From: a virus
Lineage: Duplodnaviria; Heunggongvirae; Uroviricota; Caudoviricetes
IMG/VR virus record: IMGVR_UViG_2737471857_000019
Length of the DNA stretch: 33,990 nucleotides
Direction: 5' to 3' (one strand)
Below the pieces are notes generated by a model that worked only from the letters and a program-made list of their open reading frames with translations, did no database searches and was not told the origin of the DNA. Each line of letters opens with the position of its first letter. The first letter of the stretch is position 1. Shown piece after piece: positions 8,413 to 16,160 of the stretch. The translations under genes and the position numbers were made by a program.

Positions 8413-8779
8413 AGCCGGTCAGGCGTATCTGGGGTGGGATGATGTCCTTTATCGCCAGACGCTGGCCCGCCTGACCGGTAAAACCAGCACCACACGCTGC
8501 AACCTCGATGAACTGCGCATCATCCGGGAATACATGCACGAACAGGGATTTCCGCGCAAGGCCCCCGCCGGTAAAGGTCGCCGCCCTCGTGTTGCAATGA
8601 GCAGAAAATCGGTATTATCCAAAATTGAAGCGTTGCTGGCTGATACCGGTCATTCCTGGGCGTATGCAGAAGGACTGGCATCTCACATGTATAAGCAACA
8701 TGTGATCGAATGGCTGACGGATGAACAGCTTTTTGGGGTGATGGTGGCGCTGGTTAAAGATTCAAGGAGACGTAAATGA
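8384..8779 (+). CDS. GemA-like protein (Mu gp16 / DUF1018 family)
   Basis: MIGAIKAGQAYLGWDDVLYRQTLARLTGKTS...LDELRIIREYMHEQGF matches the GemA/DUF1018 pattern as recalled; ATG 8384 behind GAGG. Confidence 0.55.
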   Translation: MLKKMIGAIKAGQAYLGWDDVLYRQTLARLTGKTSTTRCNLDELRIIREYMHEQGFPRKAPAGKGRRPRVAMSRKSVLSKIEALLADTGHSWAYAEGLASHMYKQHVIEWLTDEQLFGVMVALVKDSRRRK

Positions 8780-9114
8780 AAAAACTGTTATTACTTATTC
8801 TGGCTTTATGTTTTACAGGGATATCCCATGCTTCTGATTCAGAGGAAGATTTGATCAAAAAAACATTACAGGGCGATTATCAGGCACAACGTAATCTGGC
8901 TTATTCATACATGAATGGCTGGGATGATATTTCAAAGGATATCATCAGAGGATGCGCTCTCAGGAAGGTTATTCTCTTGACACAAGCCAAAGCTGACATT
9001 GGCGATTATGGAAATGAAGCCATAGATTGCCGAAAAGTTCATCCAACAGATAACAAGAAAGTATGGGAATATGTCAGAGGATACCTGATGTTGATAAACG
9101 AGAATAAAAAATAA
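8776..9114 (+). CDS. AT-rich secreted small protein with Sel1/TPR-like segment (112 aa); moron candidate
   Basis: Signal peptide MKKLLLLILALCFTGISHA; markedly AT-rich codons compared with flanking genes; last gene before the terminator. Confidence 0.6.
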   Translation: MKKLLLLILALCFTGISHASDSEEDLIKKTLQGDYQAQRNLAYSYMNGWDDISKDIIRGCALRKVILLTQAKADIGDYGNEAIDCRKVHPTDNKKVWEYVRGYLMLINENKK

Positions 9115-9121
9115 TATGAAC

Positions 9122-9150
9122 AAAAACCTTCGCAACTGCGGAGGTTTTTT
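9122..9150 (+). terminator. rho-independent terminator ending the early operon
   Basis: Stem CCTTCGC/GCGGAGG (one G-U pair), loop AACT, followed by TTTTTT; A-run on the 5' side. Confidence 0.7.
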
Positions 9151-9156
9151 ATGGCC

Positions 9157-9184
9157 TGTACAAGCGATCATGTATGGCTATAAT
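9157..9184 (+). promoter_or_regulatory. sigma70-like promoter candidate for the Mor/C-family gene
   Basis: TGTACA, 16 bp spacer, then perfect TATAAT (9179-9184), about 30 bp upstream of ATG 9214. Confidence 0.4.
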
Positions 9185-9213
9185 AACAGTAAGTTACTAC
9201 CGGAGACGCCATC

Positions 9214-9681
9214 ATGCAGACCTTCAGTGAAACAGATCTTCGCGATGCGCAGTCACTACTGCCCGATTCCGTGCAGCAACTGATTAGCGTGATTGGCTTC
9301 CCCGCCCTGACCCGGTTAATTCGTTCTTTTGGTGGTGTGACGTTAAGTGGTAAAACCGGCGCACACGCCGAACGCACCGGCGGTGTCCATGCCCTGTTAC
9401 ATGACGTGCTGACCGAAGACGAAATCAACAGATTGATCCGCTTTCTTGGCGGTGCACCGTTTTACATTCCTCGTTGCGATCATGCGTTACGTGCCCTGCG
9501 TAACACCCGTTTTATGGCTGATTTACAGCAGCATGTAAAAGACGGATGCTCACACCGGCAGGCGCTGGCACTACTCTGTCCCCGTTACGGGATTTCAGAC
9601 CGGTACGCATGGCAACTGATACACCGACGACAAAAACAGACTTCGCTGAAAAGCCCCACCCAGGTGGGGCTTTTTGATTAA
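9214..9681 (+). CDS. Mor/C-family transcriptional activator (middle/late regulator)
   Basis: C-terminal HTH-like SHRQALALLCPRYGISDRYAWQLI and a FYIPR segment as in Mu Mor/C; in the middle position after the early terminator. Confidence 0.55.
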   Translation: MQTFSETDLRDAQSLLPDSVQQLISVIGFPALTRLIRSFGGVTLSGKTGAHAERTGGVHALLHDVLTEDEINRLIRFLGGAPFYIPRCDHALRALRNTRFMADLQQHVKDGCSHRQALALLCPRYGISDRYAWQLIHRRQKQTSLKSPTQVGLFD

Positions 9682-9706
9682 CAGGCCTCAGAAAAAGGAG
9701 ACACTT

Positions 9707-9985
9707 ATGACCAACTATACGGCACCAGGCGAGTATACGGCCTACTCAGAGCAGGCCCGGGATGCTGCCGGACGCCGCTTCGCTTATATGAAAAATCTGG
9801 CCAGCCAGCTAAACCGAATGGCCGAACAACCGGATATGGTTGTTCAGGAAGAAGCGTTGCAGTGTGCCATTGCTGACATCATCGCCAGCGAAAACGAGAT
9901 GCGTGCAGCTATGGAAAAGGCGAACGCCTCTGCTCCGCTTTGTAATAAACCTCTTATTATGCCGGATTCTCTTTCCCGCTTCTGA
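9707..9985 (+). CDS. hypothetical protein (92 aa)
   Basis: ATG 9707 behind AAAAAGGAG; no family recognised. Confidence 0.35.
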   Translation: MTNYTAPGEYTAYSEQARDAAGRRFAYMKNLASQLNRMAEQPDMVVQEEALQCAIADIIASENEMRAAMEKANASAPLCNKPLIMPDSLSRF

Positions 9986-9988
9986 TTT

Positions 9989-10032
9989 AGCACCCCGCCG
10001 CGGCGGGGTGCTGAACTCCCCCAGCAGTACCC
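9989..10032 (+). promoter_or_regulatory. 24 bp perfect palindrome overlapping copy A of the late-block dyad motif
   Basis: AGCACCCCGCCG|CGGCGGGGTGCT at 9989-10012; motif GTGCTGAAC..CAGTACCC at 10008-10032. Confidence 0.5.
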
Positions 10033-10168
10033 ACCACACCAGACCGTTTACCCTCTCCACTCAGACCACAAAGCACCTTAAGGGATAGCGCCCGGCAAAA
10101 GTCATTCTGTGCCTTTGACCGGGTGTTATTTACGGGCCGTCAGTGGCTCAGATTTACAGGAGAAACTC

Positions 10169-10561
10169 ATGTCTGAACCCTTATCAGGCGGCGGAGCTGT
10201 GGCAGTCACCATCGGTGGTGCCAGTGTGTTTGGTCTTCTCACCAATACCGATTTTGGCGTCGTGGTGGGCGCGTTTGCCGGGGCGCTTTTTGTTGTCACG
10301 CAACAGAAAGAAATCCCGGTGTGGCGAATGGCCATCCACCTGCTCGTCGCGTTTGTGGTTGGCGTTCTGGGGGCTGGCGTGGCTGCGTCACTGATGCAGT
10401 GGCTGACCCACTACAACGACAAGCCGCTCGATGCATTGTGTGCGGTCGGTGTCTCGGCGTTATCCATCAAGATACTGACCTTTCTTTATCAACAGGAAAT
10501 TTCATCGCTGTTCGGCCTGTTTTCCAGACTGCGCGGCGGAGGGGGTGGAAATGGAAAGTAG
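10169..10561 (+). CDS. putative holin-like membrane protein (130 aa)
   Basis: Three hydrophobic helices; ATG behind ACAGGAG; immediately upstream of the endolysin. Confidence 0.45.
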   Translation: MSEPLSGGGAVAVTIGGASVFGLLTNTDFGVVVGAFAGALFVVTQQKEIPVWRMAIHLLVAFVVGVLGAGVAASLMQWLTHYNDKPLDALCAVGVSALSIKILTFLYQQEISSLFGLFSRLRGGGGGNGK

Positions 10562-10829
10562 CCTTGCCGGTATCGTGAATGTCTGGCTGTGTCTCGCCAT
10601 TGTGCTGGGGTTGTTTGTGTATCGCCGTCACGGTGCGGCGCATAAACCGATGATTACCTGGCTGGCGTACTGGCTGATGCTCGGCTACATCATCATCCCG
10701 TTCCGCTGGCTGTCAGGTACATACACACACTCCAGCTGGCTGGTTGTGGCGCTGAATCTGGTGTTCTGTGCGCTTATCGTGTGGGCGCACGGGAATTTGT
10801 CAAAAATCCTTTCGTTACTGCGGAGGTGA
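10551..10829 (+). CDS. small membrane protein (holin/antiholin partner candidate)
   Basis: Hydrophobic segments; overlaps the stop of the previous ORF; within the lysis cassette. Confidence 0.4.
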   Translation: MESSLAGIVNVWLCLAIVLGLFVYRRHGAAHKPMITWLAYWLMLGYIIIPFRWLSGTYTHSSWLVVALNLVFCALIVWAHGNLSKILSLLRR

Positions 10830-10831
10830 AT

Positions 10832-11209
10832 ATGTCGGAAAAATTCCGTTTCAGTCAACGTAGCGAGAAAAATCTGGCTGGCGTAAAACCACAACTGGTG
10901 GCGGTTGTACGCCGTGCGCTGGCGTTGTCGGACGTCGATTTTGGTATTACCGAAGGTTTACGCACGAAAGAACGTCAGAAACAACTTGTCGCTGAAGGCA
11001 AGAGCCAGACCATGAACAGCCGTCACCTTACTGGCGATGCTGTTGATGTCGTGGCTTACGTTGGTGGCACCATTTCATGGGACTGGCCGTTATACGAAAA
11101 AATCGCCCGAGCCTTTAAACAGGCTGCCGCAGAGCTGGGTGTCGCCATCGAATGGGGCGGAGACTGGAAAACGCTGAAAGACGGGCCTCATTTCCAGTTA
11201 AAACGCTGA
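10832..11209 (+). CDS. endolysin, peptidase M15 (L-alanyl-D-glutamate peptidase / VanY-like)
   Basis: Zn-ligand motifs SRHLTGDAVDV and DGPHFQL typical of the M15 fold; ATG 10832 behind GGAGGTG. Confidence 0.7.
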   Translation: MSEKFRFSQRSEKNLAGVKPQLVAVVRRALALSDVDFGITEGLRTKERQKQLVAEGKSQTMNSRHLTGDAVDVVAYVGGTISWDWPLYEKIARAFKQAAAELGVAIEWGGDWKTLKDGPHFQLKR

Positions 11210-11222
11210 TGCGGGAGGGATT

Positions 11223-11405
11223 ATGAACAGAAGTCACTGGCCCCACAGAACGCCACGTAAAGCCGTGCGCTGTGTTCTGGCCCTGTTTCTGGTGATGTTG
11301 CTTCCGGTGGGATGCACTGACATTAACAGAGCGGGCCAGCTGTTTGACGCGGCGGCACAGGTCTGCCGGATTATCGACGGTATCCGGCAGTGTTCGCAGA
11401 ACTGA
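11223..11405 (+). CDS. small lipoprotein-like protein, possible o-spanin (60 aa)
   Basis: Hydrophobic leader ending LLPVGC, similar to lambda Rz1 as recalled; follows the endolysin; no i-spanin partner identified. Confidence 0.35.
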   Translation: MNRSHWPHRTPRKAVRCVLALFLVMLLPVGCTDINRAGQLFDAAAQVCRIIDGIRQCSQN

Positions 11406-11425
11406 TTTTTTGAAGGTCTGGCACA

Positions 11426-11632
11426 GTGAGCGTTATCAGATTTACAGAATACACAGGTTCAGGAGGTGCAGGCGCTGTCATGGTGCTCGCTGAACGCATC
11501 ACCCATTTTTACCGTCAGCACGGTACACATGATGGCACTGTCATTGAACTGGATACCGGGAAAAACGTGTTCGTTCTTGAAAATCCCGACGAAGTTCAGC
11601 GCAGGATTGAACAGGCTCAGAAGGACACTTAA
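11426..11632 (+). CDS. hypothetical protein (68 aa; start may be ATG 11480)
   Basis: ORF between the lysis genes and the gp27-like gene. Confidence 0.3.
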   Translation: MSVIRFTEYTGSGGAGAVMVLAERITHFYRQHGTHDGTVIELDTGKNVFVLENPDEVQRRIEQAQKDT

Positions 11633-12132
11633 TGGCGTGGTCACAGGATATCAGGGACAAAGTCCGTAACGGGTACATCTTTGACCAGCTTCCGCTGGAT
11701 ATCGTCGCCATGAAGTACGCCGTGCCGCACGATACCGCGCGGCGCTGGAAAACGCAGGCGATGAAGAACGGTGACGACTGGGACAAGCTGCGGGCCGCTC
11801 ACGCGCTCGCCGGTGACGGGCTGGAAAGTGTCGCCCGCACCGTGCTTATCAGTCTGGTGGTGAAGTGTCAGACGACGCTTGAACGGCTGAACCAGAACCC
11901 GGACATCCCGCCGCAGGAGTCCGTCGAACTGCTGGCGAGTCTGTCTGACAGTCTCAGTAAGGCGGTGGCCAGCAGTAAAAAAATCCTGCCGGAAACCGAC
12001 CGGCTCGCCACGGCACTGGAAGTGGTGCAGCGGCTCGGCGCGTTCATCAAGGAGCGTCACCCGGCACAGTATGCCGCGTTCCTTGAGGTGCTCGAAGGCT
12101 TCGCTAAAGAGCTTGAGGATAATTTCAGTTAA
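11632..12132 (+). CDS. Mu gp27-like protein (DUF1804), putative small terminase / DNA-binding subunit
   Basis: N-terminus MAWSQDIRDKVRNGYIFDQLPLDIVAMKYAVPHDTARRWK fits the DUF1804 pattern as recalled; upstream of the large terminase. Confidence 0.55.
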   Translation: MAWSQDIRDKVRNGYIFDQLPLDIVAMKYAVPHDTARRWKTQAMKNGDDWDKLRAAHALAGDGLESVARTVLISLVVKCQTTLERLNQNPDIPPQESVELLASLSDSLSKAVASSKKILPETDRLATALEVVQRLGAFIKERHPAQYAAFLEVLEGFAKELEDNFS

Positions 12133-12138
12133 CCACAG

Positions 12139-12158
12139 CGGCCCGGTTTTCCGGGCCG
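12139..12158 (+). promoter_or_regulatory. GC-rich hairpin CGGCCCGG-TTTT-CCGGGCCG
   Basis: Perfect 8 bp inverted repeat between the gp27-like gene and the methyltransferase; no downstream U-run. Confidence 0.4.
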
Positions 12159-12178
12159 TCTGATATTCGGGATTTGTA

Positions 12179-12919
12179 ATGCAAAAACAGATTATTGGTA
12201 ACGCAACGTTGTATTGCGGTGATGTTCTTGATGTGCTGCCAGCGTTATCCGAACGTTTTGATGCCGTCATTACCGACCCGCCTTACAGCAGTGGTGGCAC
12301 ACATAAATCAGACCGCAGCATAGCCCCTTCGGACAAGTATGTCGGTCACACCCGGTATGCCGAGTTCACCGGCGATAACCGCGACCAGCGCAGCTGGGCG
12401 TTCTGGTGTTCCATGTGGATTTCTCATGCATTGCACAGGCTGAATCCCGGCGGTTATTTCATGGTGTTCAGTGACTGGCGACAACTACCGGCGCTTACCG
12501 ATGCATTTCAGGCCGGTGGTGTGCTGTGGCGTGGTCTGGTTGTCTGGGATAAAACGCAGGCTTCCCGTGCGCCACACACCGGCTATTTCCGGCATCAGGC
12601 CGAGTATGTGGTCTGGGGCAGCAACGGAAAACTCGACAAATGCCCGCACGGTGGCCCGTTCCCTGGTGTGATTACGCAGCGTGTTGTCCCGTCTGAAAAA
12701 CTGCACATGACCGCAAAGCCAGTTCAGCTGATGGCCGAGCTGGTTAAACCGCTGGCACCGGATGCGCACGTCCTCGATCCGTTTATGGGAAGCGGCACCA
12801 CCGCCATCCCTGTACTTGCCCGTGGCGGACGGTTTACCGGCATTGAAATGACTAACCAGTATTTTGATATCGCCTGCGCACGTATCGAAAAAGCGCAGGC
12901 AGAAGCAGCGCAGGTGTGA
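12179..12919 (+). CDS. orphan DNA methyltransferase, beta-class (N6-adenine or N4-cytosine), 246 aa
   Basis: Motif IV DPPY near the N-terminus and motif I FMGSGTT near the C-terminus; no adjacent restriction endonuclease. Confidence 0.8.
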   Translation: MQKQIIGNATLYCGDVLDVLPALSERFDAVITDPPYSSGGTHKSDRSIAPSDKYVGHTRYAEFTGDNRDQRSWAFWCSMWISHALHRLNPGGYFMVFSDWRQLPALTDAFQAGGVLWRGLVVWDKTQASRAPHTGYFRHQAEYVVWGSNGKLDKCPHGGPFPGVITQRVVPSEKLHMTAKPVQLMAELVKPLAPDAHVLDPFMGSGTTAIPVLARGGRFTGIEMTNQYFDIACARIEKAQAEAAQV

Positions 12920-12920
12920 C

Positions 12921-14561
12921 GTGGCAAAACGTAAACTTTCCATTAAAGAGTTTCAGAGAAGCTTACAGGAGTACATCGCCAACCTCCGCCAGACCATTGA
13001 GGCTGAATGTCTGGGGTTTGATGTTAACCCGCAGGCCACACAGGCCCGCCGGGCGGCAGTCTGCGACCCGGTGACGGGCTACGATTATTTTGTCGAAAAC
13101 TATTTCCCGCACTACGTCCGCAACCCGGCAAAAAGTGAGCTGCATAAATACCTGTTCAGCCGTCTGCCACAGGTTGTGGCAAGCCCGGACCCGGAGAACG
13201 ACGCCATCGCCGCGCCCCGTGGTGAAGCAAAATCCACGCTGGTGACGCAGCTGTTTACCCTGTGGAACATTATCCGGGCCATTAAACATTACCCGGTCAT
13301 CATTATGGACAGTATCGACCAGGCTTATCCGATGCTGGAAGCCATCAAGGCTGAACTGGAATTTAACCCCCGTTTAAAAAACGATTTCCCGGAAGCGTGC
13401 GGACAGGGGCGCGTCTGGCGTATGGGGACTATTGTCACGGCCAACAATATCAAGGTGACCGTCGCCGGTAGTGGTAAAAAACTGCGCGGTCTGCGCCACG
13501 GTCCGTACCGTCCTGACCTGGTTATCCTCGACGACATCGAGAATGACGAGATGGTGCGTAACCCGGAGCAGCGCGACAAGCTGCACGACTGGCTCACTAA
13601 AACCGTGATGCCGCTGGGTGAGGCTGGCGGTAAAACCGATATTATTTATATCGGGACCATCCTGCATTACGACTCCGTGCTGTCGCGCACGCTGAATAAC
13701 CCGATGTGGAAAACAGCCCGCTTTAAGGCTGTTATTCAGTGGCCTGCCAACATGAAGCTGTGGGACGAGTGGGAAGAACTCATCCGCAACAAACAGCCGG
13801 AAGCGGCGGAGGCACTTTACCGGCAGAACGAAGCCGAGATGCTCGCCGGGTCGGTGGTGTCATGGGCGGCGCGTCCCCTGCTGGCACTGATGAAAATCCG
13901 TGTCCGTGACGGTCACGACACCTTTGATTCTGAATACCAGAACGACCCGGTCAGCGGTGAAGATGCGCTGTTTGCGGGCTGCATTAAGTTCTGGGTTAAC
14001 CGTCTTGATGAATGGGTGTTCTACGGCGCTGTTGACCCCAGTCTCGGGAAGAAAAACAAAAACCGCGACCCGTCGGCCATTCTCGTGGGGGGCTTTAACC
14101 GCTTTACCGGCATTCTGGATGTGGTTGAAGCCGATATCCGCCGACGTCTGCCAAATAAACTTATCGAAGACGTGATCAAGTATCAGCGGGAATACCACTG
14201 TCTGTGCTGGTCGTTTGAGTCCGTTCAGTTTCAGGAGTTTCTGCGTACCGTGCTGGTTGAGCGTTCGGCGGCGCTGGGCGTACCGGTTCCGGCGCTGCCG
14301 GTCATCCCTCTGGAGGATAAGGCGCTGCGTATTGAGTCCCTTCAGCCGCATATGGCCAACGGCCTGATTCGCATCAGTCCCGCACATCAGACGCTGATTG
14401 ACCAGCTGCGCCACTACCCCAAAGCCGACCATGATGACGGCCCGGACTGTCTGCACATGCTGTGGACGCTGGCAGTGTCGCGCAGCGCAAAATTTCAGAT
14501 ACACACCCCACGCAGCACCGGGCGTGACCGTGGCGGGCGTTTTGGTTCAGGAGGATGGTAA
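12921..14561 (+). CDS. terminase large subunit (Mu gp28-like)
   Basis: ATPase-like motifs (PRGEAKST, LVILDDIE), about 550 aa, upstream of the portal; track ORF starts at TTG 12864 inside the MTase, GTG 12921 follows the MTase stop. Confidence 0.75.
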   Translation: MAKRKLSIKEFQRSLQEYIANLRQTIEAECLGFDVNPQATQARRAAVCDPVTGYDYFVENYFPHYVRNPAKSELHKYLFSRLPQVVASPDPENDAIAAPRGEAKSTLVTQLFTLWNIIRAIKHYPVIIMDSIDQAYPMLEAIKAELEFNPRLKNDFPEACGQGRVWRMGTIVTANNIKVTVAGSGKKLRGLRHGPYRPDLVILDDIENDEMVRNPEQRDKLHDWLTKTVMPLGEAGGKTDIIYIGTILHYDSVLSRTLNNPMWKTARFKAVIQWPANMKLWDEWEELIRNKQPEAAEALYRQNEAEMLAGSVVSWAARPLLALMKIRVRDGHDTFDSEYQNDPVSGEDALFAGCIKFWVNRLDEWVFYGAVDPSLGKKNKNRDPSAILVGGFNRFTGILDVVEADIRRRLPNKLIEDVIKYQREYHCLCWSFESVQFQEFLRTVLVERSAALGVPVPALPVIPLEDKALRIESLQPHMANGLIRISPAHQTLIDQLRHYPKADHDDGPDCLHMLWTLAVSRSAKFQIHTPRSTGRDRGGRFGSGGW

Positions 14562-14564
14562 TTA

Positions 14565-16160
14565 ATGGCACAGCTTGTTGATATTTACGGACGCCCGCTG
14601 AAACGTGAGGCACTCAAAACCACGCAGTCGGTCAGAGTGGCAGAACGGCTGCGCATTTATCCCGACCACCCGTCCCGTGGTCTGAATATCAGAAAACTGC
14701 CGCGCATTCTGGAAGCTGCCGAACGCGGCTATCTTCCGGCGCAGGCGATGCTGTTTGCGGATATGGAAGAACGTGATGGCCATCTGTTCGCAGAGATGGA
14801 AAAGCGCAAAAAAGCCTTGCTGACGCTGGACTGGTCGGTGGAGCCGCCCCGCAATGCCTCGAAGGCAGAAAAGGAGCTGGCCGCCGCCGTGGATGACTGG
14901 CTGCACGGTATCCCGGACATGGAGGACATCATCCTCAACGGGATGAGTAGTGTCGGTTACGGCTTCAGCTGTCAGGAAATCAGCTGGGCGTTCGTGGATA
15001 AAACGTGGTTACCGGATGCGGTGACGCTGCGCCCGCATAACTGGTTCATTACCCTGCCGGAACACAATGACGAACTCCGCCTTGATGACGGCAACCGTGG
15101 GGAAGATGGTAAGGACGGCTCCGCACTGTGGCCGTTCGGCTGGCTGGTTCATCGTTACAACGCCCGGTCGGGGTTCCTGGGTTCATCCGGCCTGTTCCGC
15201 GTACTGGTCTGGCCGTATCTGTTTAAAAACTTTGCGTTGCGTGATATGGCGGAATTTCTGGAGATTTACGGCCTTCCGGCGCGCATTGCGTACTATGCAC
15301 AGGGCACCAGTGACGAAGACCGGGACAACATTCTCGAAGCCCTGGTTAATCTGGGCCATGAAGCGGTGGCAGCCCTGCCGCAGGGTAACGAAATCGAGTT
15401 CAAGGAAGCCGCGTCCGGTGGGCCGGAGGCGTTCATGTCGATGGTGGAATGGGCGGAGCGTACCACCTCAAAAGTGATTCTGGGCAGTACGCTGACCAGC
15501 CAGGCTGACGGTAAAACCTCCACCAACGCGCTGGGTAATGTGCATAACGAGGTCCGGCACGACATTCTGGCCGCCGATGCGCGCCAGCTGTCCGGCATGT
15601 TCAGCAGCCTGATACAGATGATGGCCAGCCTCAACGGCTGGCAGGATATCCCGCCACGCCGTCTGCCGCGTCTGGTGTTTGATGTGCAGCAGGAAGCCGA
15701 CATTAAGGGGGTGGCGGAAGCCGTCAGTGTGCTGGTCAACAATGTGGGAATGAAGGATATCCCGGTGTCGTGGGTGCGCAAAAAAACCGGTATCCCCACC
15801 CCGAAAGACGGCGAAGAGGTACTGGTTCCGGTGGCACAGCGTCTCCCTGTGCAGGCCGGTCTCAGCCAGCTGCGTGAGCGGATGAATGTTGCCGCACTCA
15901 GTCAGCAGGACAACGGGGAGGACGACCCGGCACAGCGCGCCATCGACCGGGCAGCACTTCCGGCAGAGGCCATCGCGCAGGGAATGAACGAACTGGTGGC
16001 CCCGCTGGTGCAGGCCATACAGGAAGGCCGGAATGCAGACGAGGTCATGAACGTACTGGCGGATGCATGGACGGAGCTGCCGGATGACACACTGCGGCAG
16101 TTGCTGGCGCAGGCATTCTTTGTGGCGGATATCTGGGGGCGACTGAATGCCGACAGCTGA
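14565..16160 (+). CDS. portal protein (Mu gp29 / DUF935-like)
   Basis: 531 aa ORF immediately after the terminase; Mu synteny. Confidence 0.75.
   Translation: MAQLVDIYGRPLKREALKTTQSVRVAERLRIYPDHPSRGLNIRKLPRILEAAERGYLPAQAMLFADMEERDGHLFAEMEKRKKALLTLDWSVEPPRNASKAEKELAAAVDDWLHGIPDMEDIILNGMSSVGYGFSCQEISWAFVDKTWLPDAVTLRPHNWFITLPEHNDELRLDDGNRGEDGKDGSALWPFGWLVHRYNARSGFLGSSGLFRVLVWPYLFKNFALRDMAEFLEIYGLPARIAYYAQGTSDEDRDNILEALVNLGHEAVAALPQGNEIEFKEAASGGPEAFMSMVEWAERTTSKVILGSTLTSQADGKTSTNALGNVHNEVRHDILAADARQLSGMFSSLIQMMASLNGWQDIPPRRLPRLVFDVQQEADIKGVAEAVSVLVNNVGMKDIPVSWVRKKTGIPTPKDGEEVLVPVAQRLPVQAGLSQLRERMNVAALSQQDNGEDDPAQRAIDRAALPAEAIAQGMNELVAPLVQAIQEGRNADEVMNVLADAWTELPDDTLRQLLAQAFFVADIWGRLNADS

Noticed and set aside
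11641-12270. Minus-strand ORF (209 aa) antisense to the gp27-like gene
   Set aside because: Arg-rich artefact frame; the + strand gene has the recognisable family pattern and operon context.
12864-12920. TTG 12864 as the terminase large-subunit start
   Set aside because: It would overlap the last 56 nt of the methyltransferase; GTG 12921 directly after the MTase stop is more parsimonious.
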